A DNA stretch of 64,000 bases, from positions 1,371,784 through 1,435,783 of the forward strand of contig MU004231.1 of assembly GCA_010405405.1 (NCBI GenBank). The letters run 5' to 3'. Numbering within the stretch: position 1 is the first letter of the stretch; the number at the start of each line of letters is the position of its first letter. This stretch comes from Microthyrium microscopicum (taxonomy: Eukaryota). A program made the translations under genes and the position numbers. Below the pieces are notes generated by a model, which saw nothing but the letters and a program-made list of their open reading frames with translations, had not been told where the DNA came from and made no database searches. This document shows, piece by piece, positions 1 to 16,400 of the stretch.

Positions 1-3000
1 CAATTTAGATAGATCTATCTAATAGTCCTAAGTAGGATATATTTTTCCTTAGCTCTATTAATAGACGTACTTATTCTACTCTCTATAGCCCTATACTATC
101 TATAGCTACTAAATCTAACGAATTTACTACTAGTAGTTAGGGTAATAATATAGCTAGTAATTATAGTAATACTACTTATAGTAATAGTAATAGTAATAGA
201 AATAGTAATGCTAGTAGCTATATTAGTAAGGATATAGCTAGTAATATAGCTAATAGTATTAGTACTAGTACTTATAATAATATATCTAATAATAATCTTA
301 TTAGTAGTAATAACGCTATTAGTATTAATCTTATTATATATTTATTTAGTCTATAGTACGCTACTATATTAAATAAGTAGATAGAGTACTTATAAGATTT
401 TAATACTATAATTAAAGTTTTTATACTTTTAGCTATCTTTACTAATATACTTGCCTAAGAGGATAATAAAGCTAGTATTAATATTACCTCTCTAGGCTAA
501 TAATATTATAAAGATCTTATAAAAGCTTTACTTAAAAGATTACTATATATATAAGAAGATAAAAGGTTAGAAGCTAAGCTAGGGTAGGTAGAATCTTTAT
601 ATTATATAATTTTTAAGTAATAAGATATTATACTTATTACTAAGACTAGATATAGTAAGAGTATTATTTTTTAAGCTTTTAGTATTCTTACTAGTAAGGT
701 TACTCTTTAGGCTATTTTCCTTACTTTACTAAATTTAGAGTAGTATAAAGATATTATATAGCTCTCTAGTATAAACTTAGTTATTATTTATTTAGGGTTA
801 ATACTTAATAAATATGCTTAAGTCTATTATAGGTTACTTAATAGTACTATTACGTATTATTTACTTTCTTCTAAATAATTAATTAGTAAGTATATATAAA
901 AACTACTTTAAGATCCTTAATTCTAAAATAGACTTAGTCTAATTACTATTAATAAGAAATATTTTATTAAGAACTAGGGGAAATCCTTTTAAAAGGAATA
1001 TTCTTAGCTTTATATACTTTAAGATATTATTTCTTATTTTATTATTTAGTTTAGTTACTTAGGGACTTTAATAGCAAAAGCTAAGAAGTTTTTACTTAAT
1101 AAAGGAGGATTCTAGCTATATAAGGAATACTAAGATATTACTTATACTACTAGGTTTATCTATACTATTATTAATAGGCTAGATTTAGGTCTTTAACTCT
1201 TATATATTCTAAAAGAGAAGCTTAGTAATTAGTTAAGGTTAAACGTAGCCTTTAGTTAGGCTATTTAGAATTCTACTAATAGAGATTTATTTATAATACC
1301 TAAGTTTATACTATTAATTATAATTTTCTTAGATAAGCTATTAGATATAATATTTATTCTTAATTATCTATAATAAGCTCTAGTAAAGTTATATTCTAAC
1401 TTTACTTAGAGTAATTAGCTTTTTTTAGCTAGTATTTATACTATTATTTAATAATATACTAGACTAACTTAGAATTTTAATTAAGATTTATAATATATTT
1501 AGCTTAAGTAGTTTAATTTATTTTGCTATATTATAGTTATTATAACTATCCTTAATATAGGCGTTAATATTCTAAATATATATTACGTTATAATATAGAG
1601 TCTTCTATAAGGTAAAGTATTAGCTAATCTAGTTTAGAAGATTAGTTAAGTTAGTTATCCTAAAGCTAGTTATATTCTTTCTCTTTTACTAAAAATAGGT
1701 TTAGACTTACTACTACTTATCTTACCTAATCTAGATAACTAAACTTTCTTTAGAGTTAGGCTATTTAATTATATTCCTTCTTATCTACTAGTTATTATTT
1801 TTTTACTATACTAGTTATTTAATACTTAAGAGTAGTATTTAGTGCTAAAGTTTTCTTATAAGAAAGTAGATAATATATATATAGTAATAACTACTCTCTA
1901 GACTAGTATTAGTAAAGTTAATACTAAGGGCTATTTATTATTAGCTTTTAAGTTACTCTACGTAATATAAAATACTAATTTTACTACCTAACTAAGTACT
2001 TTAGTTACTACTTAGAAAGCTTAGGTATTTATTAATTTACTTAGTAGTCTAGTTACTATAGTTTCTACTAGTTATAACCTAAAAAGTAATAGACTACTAA
2101 ACTAGATATGCGTAGAAATTAGGTATAAGGCTATAATTAATTTTATCTAGTTAAAGTTAGTTAATAGTATACTATTATTAGATTCTAACCTTAGTTAGCT
2201 TTACTATTACTATTAAGTTATCCTAGACTACTTTAGAAACGTTAAATATTATTAAGGTACTTATATTAATTATAATTAATATTATAATATATATTAGCTA
2301 GATAAATTTATTATGCTACTACCTTAGCTTATTATAAAGAAGAAGCTAATAGTTCCTTATATAAAAATATAAAGGTAATATACTTTTAATAGCCTAAAAT
2401 AGTAAGCTACTACGTAGTTAGATAAGAAGTATTTAATTACTTATTAATAGCTCTTATTTAAGAAGTTTTAGTATATAGGCTAAACTAAGTTAGTTACTTT
2501 AAGTACTTTTTAGAATTTTACTAACTTTCTACCTTTTATAGATAATTCTATAAACCTAAATACTATATAGAATTAGATATATTTTATATATTCTCTTTTA
2601 TAGAAATAGAGAGTTATAAATATAGCTACTTATAGCTAATTATTAACCTTTCTTATTAGTTCTAACTATTAAGCTTACTATATAGTAGTATTTAAGTATA
2701 ATAAACCTTCTAGGTAGGCTAGTCCTATAGTACTATTATATTTATTTCCTATAGTTCTAAGTTTTAGTACTTATTACTATTTTCCTAAAAAAGTTAAGCT
2801 TATTAGTTCTTTACTAGTAAACTATTTATTAAGTTAAGTTACTTTAAGGTTTAAGTAGTTATTACCTATTATATGTCTAGCTACCTCTATTTTAGCTTCT
2901 TAACTAATATTTTTTTTATTATTATTATCTTAGCTCTTAGTAGTATTATCTATGCTTAGACTATTATCTTAAACTAGAACTAGGGTATCTCTTAATCTAA

Positions 3001-6000
3001 AGAAGAAATAAGAAAAAGGTTATCTTTATAAACCTAAATTAGCCTTTAAACTTTTAATTAATAAGAGTTTCTCTTAACTTTTACTTATAACGTTAACTCC
3101 TTTTTAGTATAATAGTAGTACTCTATATTCTTTCTTACTTAATATAGTTTTAGACTTATTTCTATTATATATACTATTACTAAATAAGCCTATAAGGTAT
3201 TAGCTATTAAACTATCTAAGTAGCTTCTTACTTTATAATACTAAAAGTAGTTAGTTAAGCTTACTATCTTACTCTTTAGTAACTAGTAGTTATAATAAAA
3301 AGTAATAATAAGGATTAGAAACTAGATATTAGCCTCTATATAATAATCTTAATTACTACTTTCCTTTATTCCTACTTTTTATAAATAGTCTAAATACTAT
3401 ATTATATAAAAGGATATAACGTAGCTTAGCTATCCTATAGTAAACCTAAGTAATTAATCTATCTTTAATATCTCTTTATAGTTTAGGAGAGACTACTATA
3501 CTAAGAAATAAGTTACCTTCTATATACTTATTCTATTCTTCTAATTTAGATACCTTTANNNNNNNNNNNNNNNNNNNNNNNNNNNNNNNNNNNNNNNNNN
3601 NNNNNNNNNNNNNNNNNNNNNNNNNNNNNNNNNNNNNNNNNNNNNNNNNNNNNNNNNNNNNNNNNNNNNNNNNNNNNNNNNNNNNNNNNNNNNNNNNNNN
3701 NNNNNNNNNNNNNAATATATCTATCTTAATAAATTTTAAATTATAATTTTATAATATCTTCTATATCTTTCCTCTACCTTAGCTATCTTAGATAGTACTA
3801 CTCTCTATTACTTTATTTTATTCTTAATTATCTATATATTATTATTATCCTTACTATATATTAAATTCTATCTTTAAATATTTAGTTATATACTTTTTCT
3901 TTTAAAATAATTTAATAGTTAAATGTTATTAAACGTTTTAATTAATAGATCTTAAAAAGTACGTTATAGAGTATTTTATTAATAAGATTAGAACTCCTAT
4001 TAGATTATATCTTTTATTACTTTCTTTTTTAAAACCTAACTTCTTATTAGTCTAAATTTACTATTAAATTATTTTTAAAGTTTACTAACTTTTTAAATAA
4101 TAGGAATATTTAAGGATTACTATTATAAGTAGTTAATAGTAACTATTATTAACTAAATAGGTAGTATTATTTATATAGATATCTTTAGTCTATATAATCT
4201 ACTATTTATAAAATCTCTTACTCTCTATATCTTTTTCCTCTTTCCTAAGTATTACTCTTTTAGCTTTAATCTATCTTTATAAGTTATTTAGTACTTATTA
4301 TACTTTTAAGTCTTATTATTTAGCCTCTAAGTAGCCTTTATTATATTCTTAGTTTATTTACTTATTAATAAGTACTTTAAGAAAAGTACTATCTATATAT
4401 TCCTCTACCTAGATAGTTATTATTACTATAAGCTATAATCTAGTTACTTTTACTTCTAAAACCCTTTATAAGTTATCTTTTAAGGTTCTTTATTAAGTAT
4501 CTAAGTAATAATTTATAGTCCTAATATTATTATACCTTAGTTAATCTTATTAGGTTATAGGCCTAATTTTAGCTTTTATAATAGCTATATTTCTTACGCT
4601 ACTTTCTATTAGCATTATAGTTAACTTTTTATTTTAGACTTATTTAATCTATATCTATATAGTTAGAAACTAGATATACTATCTACTTCTTAACTTTCTT
4701 TATTATCTTTTTTATAACCTACTTTTTTATTACCTTTAAGCTTTACTATTTCTATTAAGATACCTTTATTAATTTCTAAACCTATATTACTTAGTCTAAA
4801 TTCTTTATTTTCTTTAGATAAAGAGCTAAGAAATATTAATATTTTAGCTTTCTTTATTACTTTACTATTAAGATTGCTAAGTTTATATTATAATAGCCCT
4901 TTGCTTTTTGCCTAAGAGTTATTAGATATAGCTATATCTATAGAATTAGGTAAAGATAATAATATAGTATCTAAGTAAGAGAGTTAACTAAATAATAATA
5001 AAGTTATTTAATATATAGTTAAGAATAAGCTAACTTTAAATATAGCTTTTGCTTTATATTAAGATCTTTTTAAGTATAATAGTAATAAGTAGCTATATCT
5101 AAATAGTTAGCTATAGCTTTAAGTATCTTAAGAAACTAAGTCTTCTATTTTAAATTTAAATAAAGATAAGATACTCTTTTATTATATTCCTTATCTTCTT
5201 ATACCTTAATATTCTCTTTCTCTATAGCCTATAATAATTATAATGTTTATTTTTATTCCCTAACTTTTATTACTTAAGGAGGATTAGACTTAGTAGTACT
5301 TTACTTATAATTTAGTAACTAATTAGCTCTTTCTATTAGTATAACTATATATAGTTTATATTTTCTTTACTTTAATAGATTATAGTATCTTTAGTTTTAC
5401 TTAGTATAAACTTATTACTTCTTTACCTAAGTTTCTAAGTATTATACATTTACTATAGATATTTACTCTAAGATTTAGAGGATCTCTAGTTTATAATTTA
5501 AAGTTTATAGTATTAAATATTACGTTTATACTACGTTTAGCTTCTATAGTTTATAAAGCTATTTATATTACTTTTAAAGTTAATTAGTATAATTATACTA
5601 ACTTTAATTATTATAAGTTATACTCTATTAAAGAAGCTTACTAGTATCCTAATATACTAGAGTATTATTACTATCTTTAGTAGTACTTTTATCTTTTATT
5701 AAGTCTAATAAGTATTAGTATATTTTTAGATTATTTAAGCATTACTAATTAATAGGTATTAGGTTATTTAGAAGCTATTCTTATTTCTATATTTTATATT
5801 TATTAAGATATAGCTATTAATACTTACTATTACTACTAAGCTTAATAGCGTTAATTAAAGATAAAAGAGGCATAGAGAAAGTAGTATAAATTTACTAATA
5901 CTTAATATATATATTAGTTATTAGATACTTAAGCTAGGCATATATAATTTACTATTACTATATAGTAAGTTATTAATACTAATATTATTATAAATACGCC

Positions 6001-6765
6001 TTAGCTATAGTAGTAAAGACTAGTAGTTTATATTATTATTACTTTTATAGTTTTAACCTATCTTTCTTCCTTACTTTCTTAGCCTATAGGTTCTTCTTTA
6101 TATAATTAACTCTTAGCTTCTTTATAAGCTATATCTATACTTATATTAGTTTTTTTATCTCTTACTATTATTCTATTAGTAGAAAGTTTTTTATTTATTC
6201 TAGCTATTAATACTATACTAAGAGCGTCTTTACTTTTACTAATAAGATCTTCTTTACTTAGGTCTTTAGATAAAGATAGTAATAATAATAATTTTAATCT
6301 ATTTAGTAATAATTAAGAAATAAATAGTTTATTTATTAATAATAGGCATAATAAATAAGATAATAGTATTAAGACTTAGGCTATTACTTCTTTATAGCTA
6401 ATTATATATTTATAGACTAAAGCTAAAAACTATATTATAGCTAAACTTAAGAAAGAATTATAAGTTAAAGCTATACCTATTTCTTAACTATTAGCTTAGC
6501 TATATTATATACTTATACTAATTCTTTCTTATCTATTTTTAAATTTATAGTCTAGTTCTCCTATATTAGTTTAATATATATTAGGTCTAATTAAGCTAAT
6601 TAATCTACGTATAAGTAATAATAATTATTATTTTCTTCTTATAGCTTATTATTTATCTTCTTTCTAAGCTTTAGTTACCTTTATTATATTTAGCAATTAA
6701 TTAGTAATAAATTATTTATTTCTAATTTTCTTAACGTCTATTAACCCTTTTTATCTAATTGCCTT

Positions 6766-6930
6766 TATCTTAACTTCTACTCCTCTTATTAGTAATACCT
6801 ATATTACTAATAATTATAGTCTTATACTTTTACTTCTCTATCTATCTTATATCTTAACTTCTACTTCTCCTATTAGTAATACCTATATTATTAGTAATTA
6901 TAATCTTATATATCTACCTCTCTCTCTATT
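6766..6930. repeat. 84-bp direct duplication (2 copies), probably an in-frame repeat of a decayed minus-strand ORF
   Basis: tatcttaacttctac...attagtaatacctatatta recurs at 6766 and 6850. Confidence 0.7.
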
Positions 6931-7990
6931 TTGTCTTATAGATAGTATTTCTCTTACCTTAACTACTATATTATTTAAAGAGTCTAAATAAGGTCCTTAA
7001 AATAGAATTCCTTAGGTAAGGACTTTAAATAGTTTACTTTAGTATAACCTTACTTAATTTAGTTAGTAGTATTATAAAGATCTAGCTATATATAAAAATA
7101 ATGCTAAGTAATATAAATTTTAAGGTATTATAACTATTATAGAGACTAATCTTAGCTATTAGGTTTATAGTAATAATTAATATACGCATTATAAGGAAAG
7201 TAATTATAAATATTAAGTTTATACTAAATAGGGTTATAAAGTTATTAAGAACGTAACTAATAGCTATACTTAGTATTACTTTAAATCCTAAAAGAATAGC
7301 TACTTATTAGTAAATTACGTTTCTAATAAAGGACGCTATATTAAGGCTTAAAGTAAGGAAACTAAGAAGCGTTTAGTAAGTAAAGAGGCTTAGAAGTAAG
7401 CTAATAAGAAGAAAGCTTAGTAGTCTTACTAATAATAATTTAGTAATAAAGATTAGGATAAGGATAATAATAGTTAGTAGGTTATACCTTCTAAAACCTC
7501 TATCTCTAATTACTATAAGCCTAAGTATTAAGGGCCTCCTTTATTACCTTTACTAAGACTAGTAATAGAAGTTTAGTTTCTCTCCTTATATTAATAGTTA
7601 AGTTTAAATTATAGTTATTATAGATCCTATTATGTAGTTATAATTATATTTCTATTAAATCCTATTTAAATCTAAATCCTATAGTGCCTAAATTATATAA
7701 TCTAATTATTATTATAAAGGATATAGTCTATATACTTTATTATTATAAATTTTATATTACTTCCTTTTAGCTCTTAGTCTAAGATCCTCTATATATATAT
7801 TTCTATAGCTTTCTTTACTTTTACTAATATATTACTTATATATTCTATATATTTATTATATTTAATAGTAAGCTCCTTTAGTTCTTTAATAACGTTTTCT
7901 ATTATTATAGTTTTAGTAGGCTAGTACTATTAGACTTAGAACTCTTAAAGAATAATAGTATAAAGAATCTTTATAGCTAAGAGCAAAGTT

Positions 7991-8175
7991 ATTTATAATA
8001 CCTTAGTTTATACTTTTGCTATTCTAAGTTATAATAGTTATATAGAAAGATCTAGAGGAAAGATAAATAATATATTATAGCTAAGAGTAGATTTATTTAT
8101 AATACTTTAGTTTATAATTTTACTATCTTAAGTTATAATAGTAGTATAAAAGGTTTAGTAGAAAGGTAAATAATA
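7991..8175. repeat. ~104-bp degenerate direct duplication
   Basis: atttataatac(c/t)ttagtttata...taagttataatag at 7991 and 8095. Confidence 0.65.
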
Positions 8176-8605
8176 CTAATAGAGGAGTTTAGTAATATTA
8201 AGGTATAGAACTTAGTTTATTAAATATAAGTAACTAAGTATTTATAGTAAGTAGCTATATTATTATTTCTTAGTAAGGTTAAGCTAGAGGTAATTAAATA
8301 CTTAGATCTCTTATTTATAGAGCTATATTATAATTATTAATAAAGTTAAGTCCTATTATAGCTAGTATACTAGTAAATATACTATAAAGAATATTAAACA
8401 TTTTAAACGTTTTACTATAAATACTTATATAGCTCTAAATTAGTTTACCTACTTTTTCTAAATTCTAACTATATTATATACTTTTATATCTTAATCTTAT
8501 ATTTCTTATAATAGCTTTAAAAGACTTTTCTTTATATAGGCGTCTAGTAGTATTTATTACTATTTGCTTTATTTAAGAGCTTATATCTTAATGTCTAGAA
8601 ATATA

Positions 8606-8700
8606 TAATAACGTTTAATAACTTTTAATAACTTTTAATAACGTTTAATAACTTTTAATAATTTTTAATAATATTTAATAATATTTAATATCTTTTAATA
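8606..8700. repeat. 10-bp tandem array, ~9 copies (taataacgtt / taataacttt)
   Basis: Directly visible 10-nt periodicity. Confidence 0.85.
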
Positions 8701-11700
8701 GTTTTAGAAGCCTTTTATAAATTTTTGCTTTATATTACTATATATAACTTTATAATTATTCTTATTTATATTCTTAGTTAAAGGCCTTTATTATTTTCTC
8801 TTATACTACTCCTTAACTAACTTTAAATATAGTTATATAGGTTTCCTTCCTTAGAGGAGTAGTTATATTTAATAACTATATATATATTTTAGCTAATATA
8901 TTTTGTAATAAGAAAAGGTTAATATTTTAAGTTTATTATAATTTATTAATACTATAGGCTTACTTTTTCTTTTTTATATTATTCTATTTATTCTTACTAT
9001 GCTATCTATATAACTCTTTATATATAAAGTATTACCTATAATTAGTATTTCTATTTATTACTTTAAGTATCTTTAATTATTCTATATAGTTTATTATAAA
9101 GTATATTTTTAATAGTAGCGCTAGCGAGTTATAATTAAGAAAGAAGGTAACTTAAGTAGAATAATATTAAGAAATATTATATTTATATATTAGTAGTAAA
9201 ATTAAGCTACTATATAGGTTTAAGTCTTATTTAATTATTAGTAAATTATATCTAAATTTATACTAATAATAGCTATATAGGTTAAATAGTTTCTATTGTT
9301 TAACTTTACTAGGCTTAATCTTTTAACTTAAAATAATAAGCGTTACTCTTATCTATAGTATTCTATTTAAGAGTTATCTTACTATATATAGTAGCTTTAT
9401 CTAATTTATTTACTTTATAATTATCTACTAACCTAATATAAGCTATGTTATTTATTAATAATAGTTATTATTAGAAGTATAAGAGTCCTATATTTACTTT
9501 TTTATAAAAGATTAGAATAGCTTTAGTTTCTAAAAGAGAGAAATACTCTTAATAATATTATTACTAAAGTACTTAGTATTATTTATAAGTAACTATAAGC
9601 TATTAGTAATATCTTAGTACCTTAAAGAAGTATAAAATAGTACTTCTTTTCTTTAGCTTCTTTCTCTTCTTTACTCTATAATAATACTTATTTAGAATAC
9701 CTATTAGTATCTTAAACTCTTCTCTTACTTAATAATACTTTCTTTTAGTCTTTATAGTAGCTTAATATACGTTTAATAATAAAGGCTACGTAGTTTACTT
9801 TATACTATTTTTTTATACTTAGTATAGTTATATCTTATAATTCTATCTATTAGCCTTTCTTTACTATTATCTATTTAGCTTTTATTCCTATTATAGTTTA
9901 TATATTAAAAAAAATTAACTATTAATAGCTACTTAGTCCTTATCGTTACGTAGATTATAGGTTTATATTATTTTATAAAATACTTAGTACTATTAGTATT
10001 AGCCTTAGCCTACTATAGAATAATAATTTATTCTAGTATCTATAGTATATTATACTATATTTAGGTAGTTATATTAAATAGCGTAGTTAAAAGAAGTAGG
10101 TTATTATTAACTTTTATAATCCTCTTACCTATTAGATTTTTAAATATATTCTAGTCTTAATTAATATTAGTTATTTAGCCTTTATACTTATTAATTTTAC
10201 TAATTATTTAGTAGGATACTAATCTATAAGAGATATAGGGTTATGAGCTATATTTAAATAGTCTTAATAATAGTTCTACTAATTACCTCTCTAAAGTTGC
10301 TATCTAATATAGTTAAATACCTCCTAAACTACTAGTTAGGTAAGAATAGTTAACGTCTATTATAGAAGGCAATTCTATTACTAGTATTTTTATTAATAGT
10401 TATAGATAGCTTTATATAGGTTCTAATTAATATAAGTAGTATTAGCGTCACTATTTTATTAATAGATAAGTATTTAGATATTAGTAAGTTATAAAAGGTT
10501 ATATTAATTTATCTAGATAGTATTATAATAAATATAGATATTACATCTTATTTAGTACGTTATATAGTCTTATAAGTTTCTATTCCTTACTACTATATAA
10601 TCTTAAATAGCGCTAGTCTTAATTAAGTTAAATAGAGATCTCTCTAGCTTTTTAATTAGAAGAACTAACTTAGAACTAAAGTATTATAATATATATATAC
10701 CTAATAAATTAGTAGAGGAGAATCTAATACTTAGTTATTTAGCTTAGGAATAGCTTTTACTAGCATTAGTTAGTTATAAGGCTAGTTTTTAGTTAATAGA
10801 AGGTTACTAGTATAGTTACTATAATATAAAGCTACTTAGAGTAGACCTTATTTCTTTATATATAAGTACTATTAGTCTATTAGTTTAATATAGAGAAGTA
10901 GTAGCTATATTACTTTATTTATTCTAAAGTATATAAAACTTTTTAGCTTATAGGTAATAGCTATTATTAATATCTATTTCTATACGTACTATAATATAAT
11001 ATATAGTTATAAAAGTAGAGTATACTAAATACTTAAGACTAGAGTTAAATTAATTTTTTATAAATTTAATTAACTATTATATATTTTTATTATATTAAAG
11101 ATACTAGTATCCTAAATTAAATTAAATTAAACTTAGAATAAAAAAAGAACTAATAAAGTATATAAAATAAACCTTTTACCTTACTTCTATACTTAACCTT
11201 ATTCCTTTATTATAACTACTAATATTATTATCTCTAGCCTTAGAGTAAAGTAACTAACTTTATATATATTAAACTATTAAGATAGTATCTAAGTTAAAAG
11301 GTAAGGTCTATTATTATAAATAAATAGTATATAACTTATCTAATCTTTATCTACTTAAAAGTAGTTCTTTTATAAAATATAGTTAGGTATTATAATAGGA
11401 GTAAAATCTATATATTTAATAGTAGTTATAAACTTTATTAATACTATTAAGCATCTATATATAATATATAGGCTAATAATAGTTAGCATAAGTGTATATC
11501 TTCTTTTAACTATTAGGAATTAGGTAATCTAATATATAATAATTAGGGAATAGTTAATCTTTATCTATATTATTAGTATAAATCTATTTATACTTTTCGT
11601 TCTTCTATAAGTTAGTATAATAAACCTATATTAGATAAAGTAATTTAACTTACTAGGTCCTTATTATTAGCCTCTATAGTATAGTTAACGCTAAAGAGTA

Positions 11701-13164
11701 TAATAAATATTATATTAAATATAGTATTTATTTAACTATATTTACTATAGTCCTTAGTATCCTTAAATAAATTAGTTATATTAACCTCTAAGCTACTAAG
11801 CTTANNNNNNNNNNAAGGTTGTTATAGCTATGCTCTTTATTTACGTAATAAGTATACTTAAAGAGTATAAGGTAGAAGTTTTATTAAAGAGTTAGTTTAC
11901 TATTATTAATATACTAGATAATATAGTTTATAACCTTAGTAAATCTTTATACTTCTAAGATTATATCGTAGTTCTAATTCTTATTTTAATAAGGATTAAT
12001 TATAGCATATGCTCTAAAAACTATAGCGTATTTATTAGAGTAGCCTATAACTTATTATAAGTAGTTAGTTATATTAAATATTTACTTTTTTACTTACTAT
12101 ATATATATAGAGAGTTTAGTACTATTTATCTACTATAGTTATTAATATAATTTAATAATAGGACGAAGAATTAAAGATAGAATATTATAAGTATAAGAAT
12201 ATAATAGTATAAAAGTTATAAGGCTAGGAAGTTAAAAGTAGTTAGATAGAAAAAAAAGTAAGATAATAGAATAGGAATATTTATAGAAAATACTAAATAT
12301 TTAATTTCTAATCTAGACGTAAAAGTATCTAAATAGTAGCCTAAAGTTACTAATTATATATATTACTAACTTACGCATAGTTAATCCTTATATAAATTAA
12401 TATTACTAATTAAAGGAATATAAGAATATTCCTTAATAAGGAAGAGGAGAATATAAGTATTATTAAATATAATACTAAGTAGAACTTATAATAAGCATAC
12501 TATTAATTATACTTACTATTAATAACGTCTATCTAATAGACTAGCCCTCTTAAGTAACTAATTATTTATATAAATATTTATATAGAGGCTACTAAAGACT
12601 TCTTTCTTAGTAGTAAAGTACTTAGATAGAGCATTAATGCTAATAAGGCTATAAGAACTCTCTTTCTTAAACTAAAAGTAGTAATATTAGTATTATAAAG
12701 TAAATACTAGGTATCTAAAAACTATTTATCTAAATATATTAGACTTACTTATAGAATTATATAATATTTACTTAATTAGCAAAACGTTCTAGCTATAATA
12801 AATATATTATTAACTAAAATCTTCCTTATAGGCTCTAGTTAAGTATAATTTACTAAAGCTTACTTTAAAGTAGCTTCTTAACGTATGCTTCTACTTATAA
12901 AGTTAACTTCTTAGTAAATATTACTCTCTTATATCTTTATAAAAATTCTATAGTATATCTATTAATTCTTACTATAAATTCTTATAGTAATATTTATACT
13001 ATAATACTAAGTAAGTATTTAGCATTCTCTATAATTATATAAATAACTAAAGTAAAGTTAGTAAGCTCTTTAACTACTTAAATTAATTAAACTATTATTA
13101 TTAACCTAACTAAGCTAGACTTTCTTAATTAGTCTTCTCTCTTCTTAGCTAGTATAGAGACTAC

Positions 13165-13415
13165 TCTAGTTATTAATAGGAATAAGTAACTAATAATACT
13201 TAAATTAATTAACTTAATAGAGATAGACTTACTAAATTATTCTTCTTTTCTTCTAGTTAGTATTAATACTAGTCTAGTTATTAATTAAAAAGATTTAATA
13301 ATAATACCTAGATTAATAGACTTAATAGAGATTAAATTAGCTAAAGTTTTATTAGTCTTCTTAGTTAATGCTAATTATAGTTTAGTTATTAATTAGTTTA
13401 GTTTAATAATACTTT
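13165..13415. repeat. 108-bp degenerate tandem repeat (~2.3 copies; a multiple of 3, so possibly a 36-aa coding repeat)
   Basis: t(c/t)tagttattaat recurs at 13165, 13273 and 13381, with similar downstream sequence. Confidence 0.6.
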
Positions 13416-16400
13416 CTAAGGTAATAAGCAAGTTATATCTACTAATAGACTCCTAGCTAGATTTAACTATAAATTACTACTTTAATAAATAGTAGGTATA
13501 TTTAATTAATTTTATAAGTATTCTAACTATAGCGACGAGGTTTATAGCTAATTCTTATAATTTATTAGCCTTTAGATATAGTCTTATTACTANNNNNNNN
13601 NNAAGGCTTAATATTCTCTACCTTTATCTTAAGATTTATATATCTCTTAGGGATATAACTAAGATATATAGTAACTATCTTTACTTATAGTATAATAGTA
13701 GTTTACTCTATAGGCCTTATAAATATTATTATCTTTATAACGTATTAAGAAATATTAGTACTTTAGATTACGTAAGTATAGGTTTAAAGACTAGTACCTT
13801 TAAGATAATCTTACTATTATAATATCTATATACTACGTATATTTCCTTTCTAAGTTATATCTATTAGATTTTAATACTATTATAGTAGAGATTAAATATA
13901 AGAATTAAGGAAGTATTAATTTATTTTATATAGTTTATAGTTTAAGAAGTTTTAGTATTATATAGCATTCTAGCTATATATTAATTAAGTATTAAAAGAA
14001 TTATAGGATTAGGTTTTAAGTATGCCTAGTAATATATAGAATCTAAATATTAGGTTTAATACAAAAAAAAAGAAAGAATATATAAACTAGAGATATTAGT
14101 AGAATTTTAGTAATCTTTAATTATTCTTTAGGTTTCTCTCTTTAGTAGCTTAGGAAGAAAAGTATTAAGAATTTTATTAATTAATATATTATATACTATA
14201 ATAGTTATAAGATTACTACCTACTATTACCTATAAATTATCTATAGCCTAGCTAGGTAGATCTAGACCTTATTTAACTATCTATTTAAGTAGTTTTATAT
14301 ATTCTATTTTCTTCTTAGATAACTTAGCTTTAGACGCAAATAGTTTATTAATTAGGCCTAATATAAAAGATATATCCTAAGATTTACTTCTTAATAGTAT
14401 ATTGCTAAGTAAAATTTAACTACGCTTTAAAGGGCTAGTATTAAGAGATAACTAAGATTTGCTTTTAATAAGCTTAATAATATTTAGATTATTATTTATA
14501 AAGAAGTTATCTTCTAGTCTATATATATTAGGATTATTCTAAACGTAAGGATCTTATATTTTTAAGCTTTACTATACTTTACCTCTATTAGTAAAGTAGT
14601 AATTAATAAGTAATTTATAATGCTTTTTATTTTCTAAGTAAGTATATAGAATATTAGGCTTATAAAGATATAAAAGACTTTTCTATCTACTATCTTTATA
14701 GAATTATAAAACTATTTTTAGATACTTATTAATATAAGTAGGAACTAAGCTAGAATACTTAATATTATAAAACTCTTATATAATAAAGCTATTATATTTA
14801 ATCTTATTCTTATTAAGAGCATTAGCTTTATCTTAAGTCTCTTTATTATAAAGAATTAAGCTTTAAACGTTTAGCTAGTTAGTATATAGTAGGTAAGTAT
14901 TATAAGTAGGAGACTAGTTTATATTTATTACTTAACTTAATAGTCTATTATTTATTATTACTATAGTTATAGTTTACTCCTCTAGTTAAGGTATTAAAGA
15001 AATACGCTTAGTATTAGGATTAAGTAGAGTATTAGCTATATCTAGTTTTTATTTATAATTCTTATTTAGTACTAATATTTTAAGTTAAATATTAGGACGT
15101 TATTTATAAGTTATTAAATTCATAGTTTCTTATTAGGCTTAGAATTATATAATAGTAAGTAGAAGTCCTTCTTAAATATAGAAAGAGTCTTAAGAAATAC
15201 TACTAGCGTAAGTTATAAAGTTAAGTTATAATATAGTCTATAGAGAGTTTAGATATACATAAGTATTTTTAAGGTTAGCTAGTTATAGTTTAGGTAGAGT
15301 ATTATTAGCTACTTCCTAAATCTATTATATAAGATCCTATAAGTATTATAAGATAGGCATTAAGTATATTAAGATAATAGATAAGTAGTTAGGATATATA
15401 GGTAGAATATAGTTAGTTAAAGAATAGAGGAAGTATTTAGAATTAAACTATTAGTAGTTATAGACTTATAGTATAAATATAATAAAATTTTATAGAGTTT
15501 ATTAACGTTAAATAATTTATTATAACGTTAAAGCATTATTATAAAGATATTAGCTTAATAGTAGTAGGTTATATTAACGTTAGTCTATTATATTAGTTTA
15601 TTAGGCTACTTAATAACCTTAAGGCCTCTATCTAGTTTAGTTAGCAAACGTTTAAAAAGATTTAAAAGATTTAACAAACGTTTTAATTAGTTTTAAAAGA
15701 TTTAGTAAACCTTTTAATTAAATTTTATATCTTTTAAGCTTAAATAAAAGTATTAAGGATATTTAACATTAATTACTAAAGTAATAAGTATAGCATATTA
15801 ATCTAAACTAACTATATCTATAACTTACTAAATACTATATTCTATCTAAGTTTTATAGCTAAAGTTAAGAATATTATAAGAAACTAATATACTAGCTTCT
15901 TTTATATCTAACATTAGGTTATATATATTATAGTAAGCATTACTAGAAAGATAGCTTTTATTAGTTATACTTATTATAACCTTAACTATATTAATATACC
16001 TTAATATCTAGACCTACGTAATCCTTTTTAGCCTAAGGTTATAATAAAAAGAAGAGTAATATAAATAGCATAGTAGCTATATTTTATATTAAAGGCTATA
16101 GATAATAAAGTAAATAAGATAAATTAAATAAAGTAATAAAAAGTAGAAAGAGTAGTTAAGTAGACTTATAATAAATCTAGTAAAGAAATAATAGACTTAT
16201 ACTCTACCTTCTAAATAAAGAATATTAATTAATTAATAAGGTAAATATTATAAGGTTAAGATAAGGCATATCTTAGTAAGTAAAAAGAATTTATAATACT
16301 AATAGATAAGTATACTTATAATATTTAAAGAGTATATTTCTTATTTACCTAAATAGAAGATTATTAATATCTTAGCTAAACTTAAAAAGAATCCTAGCGT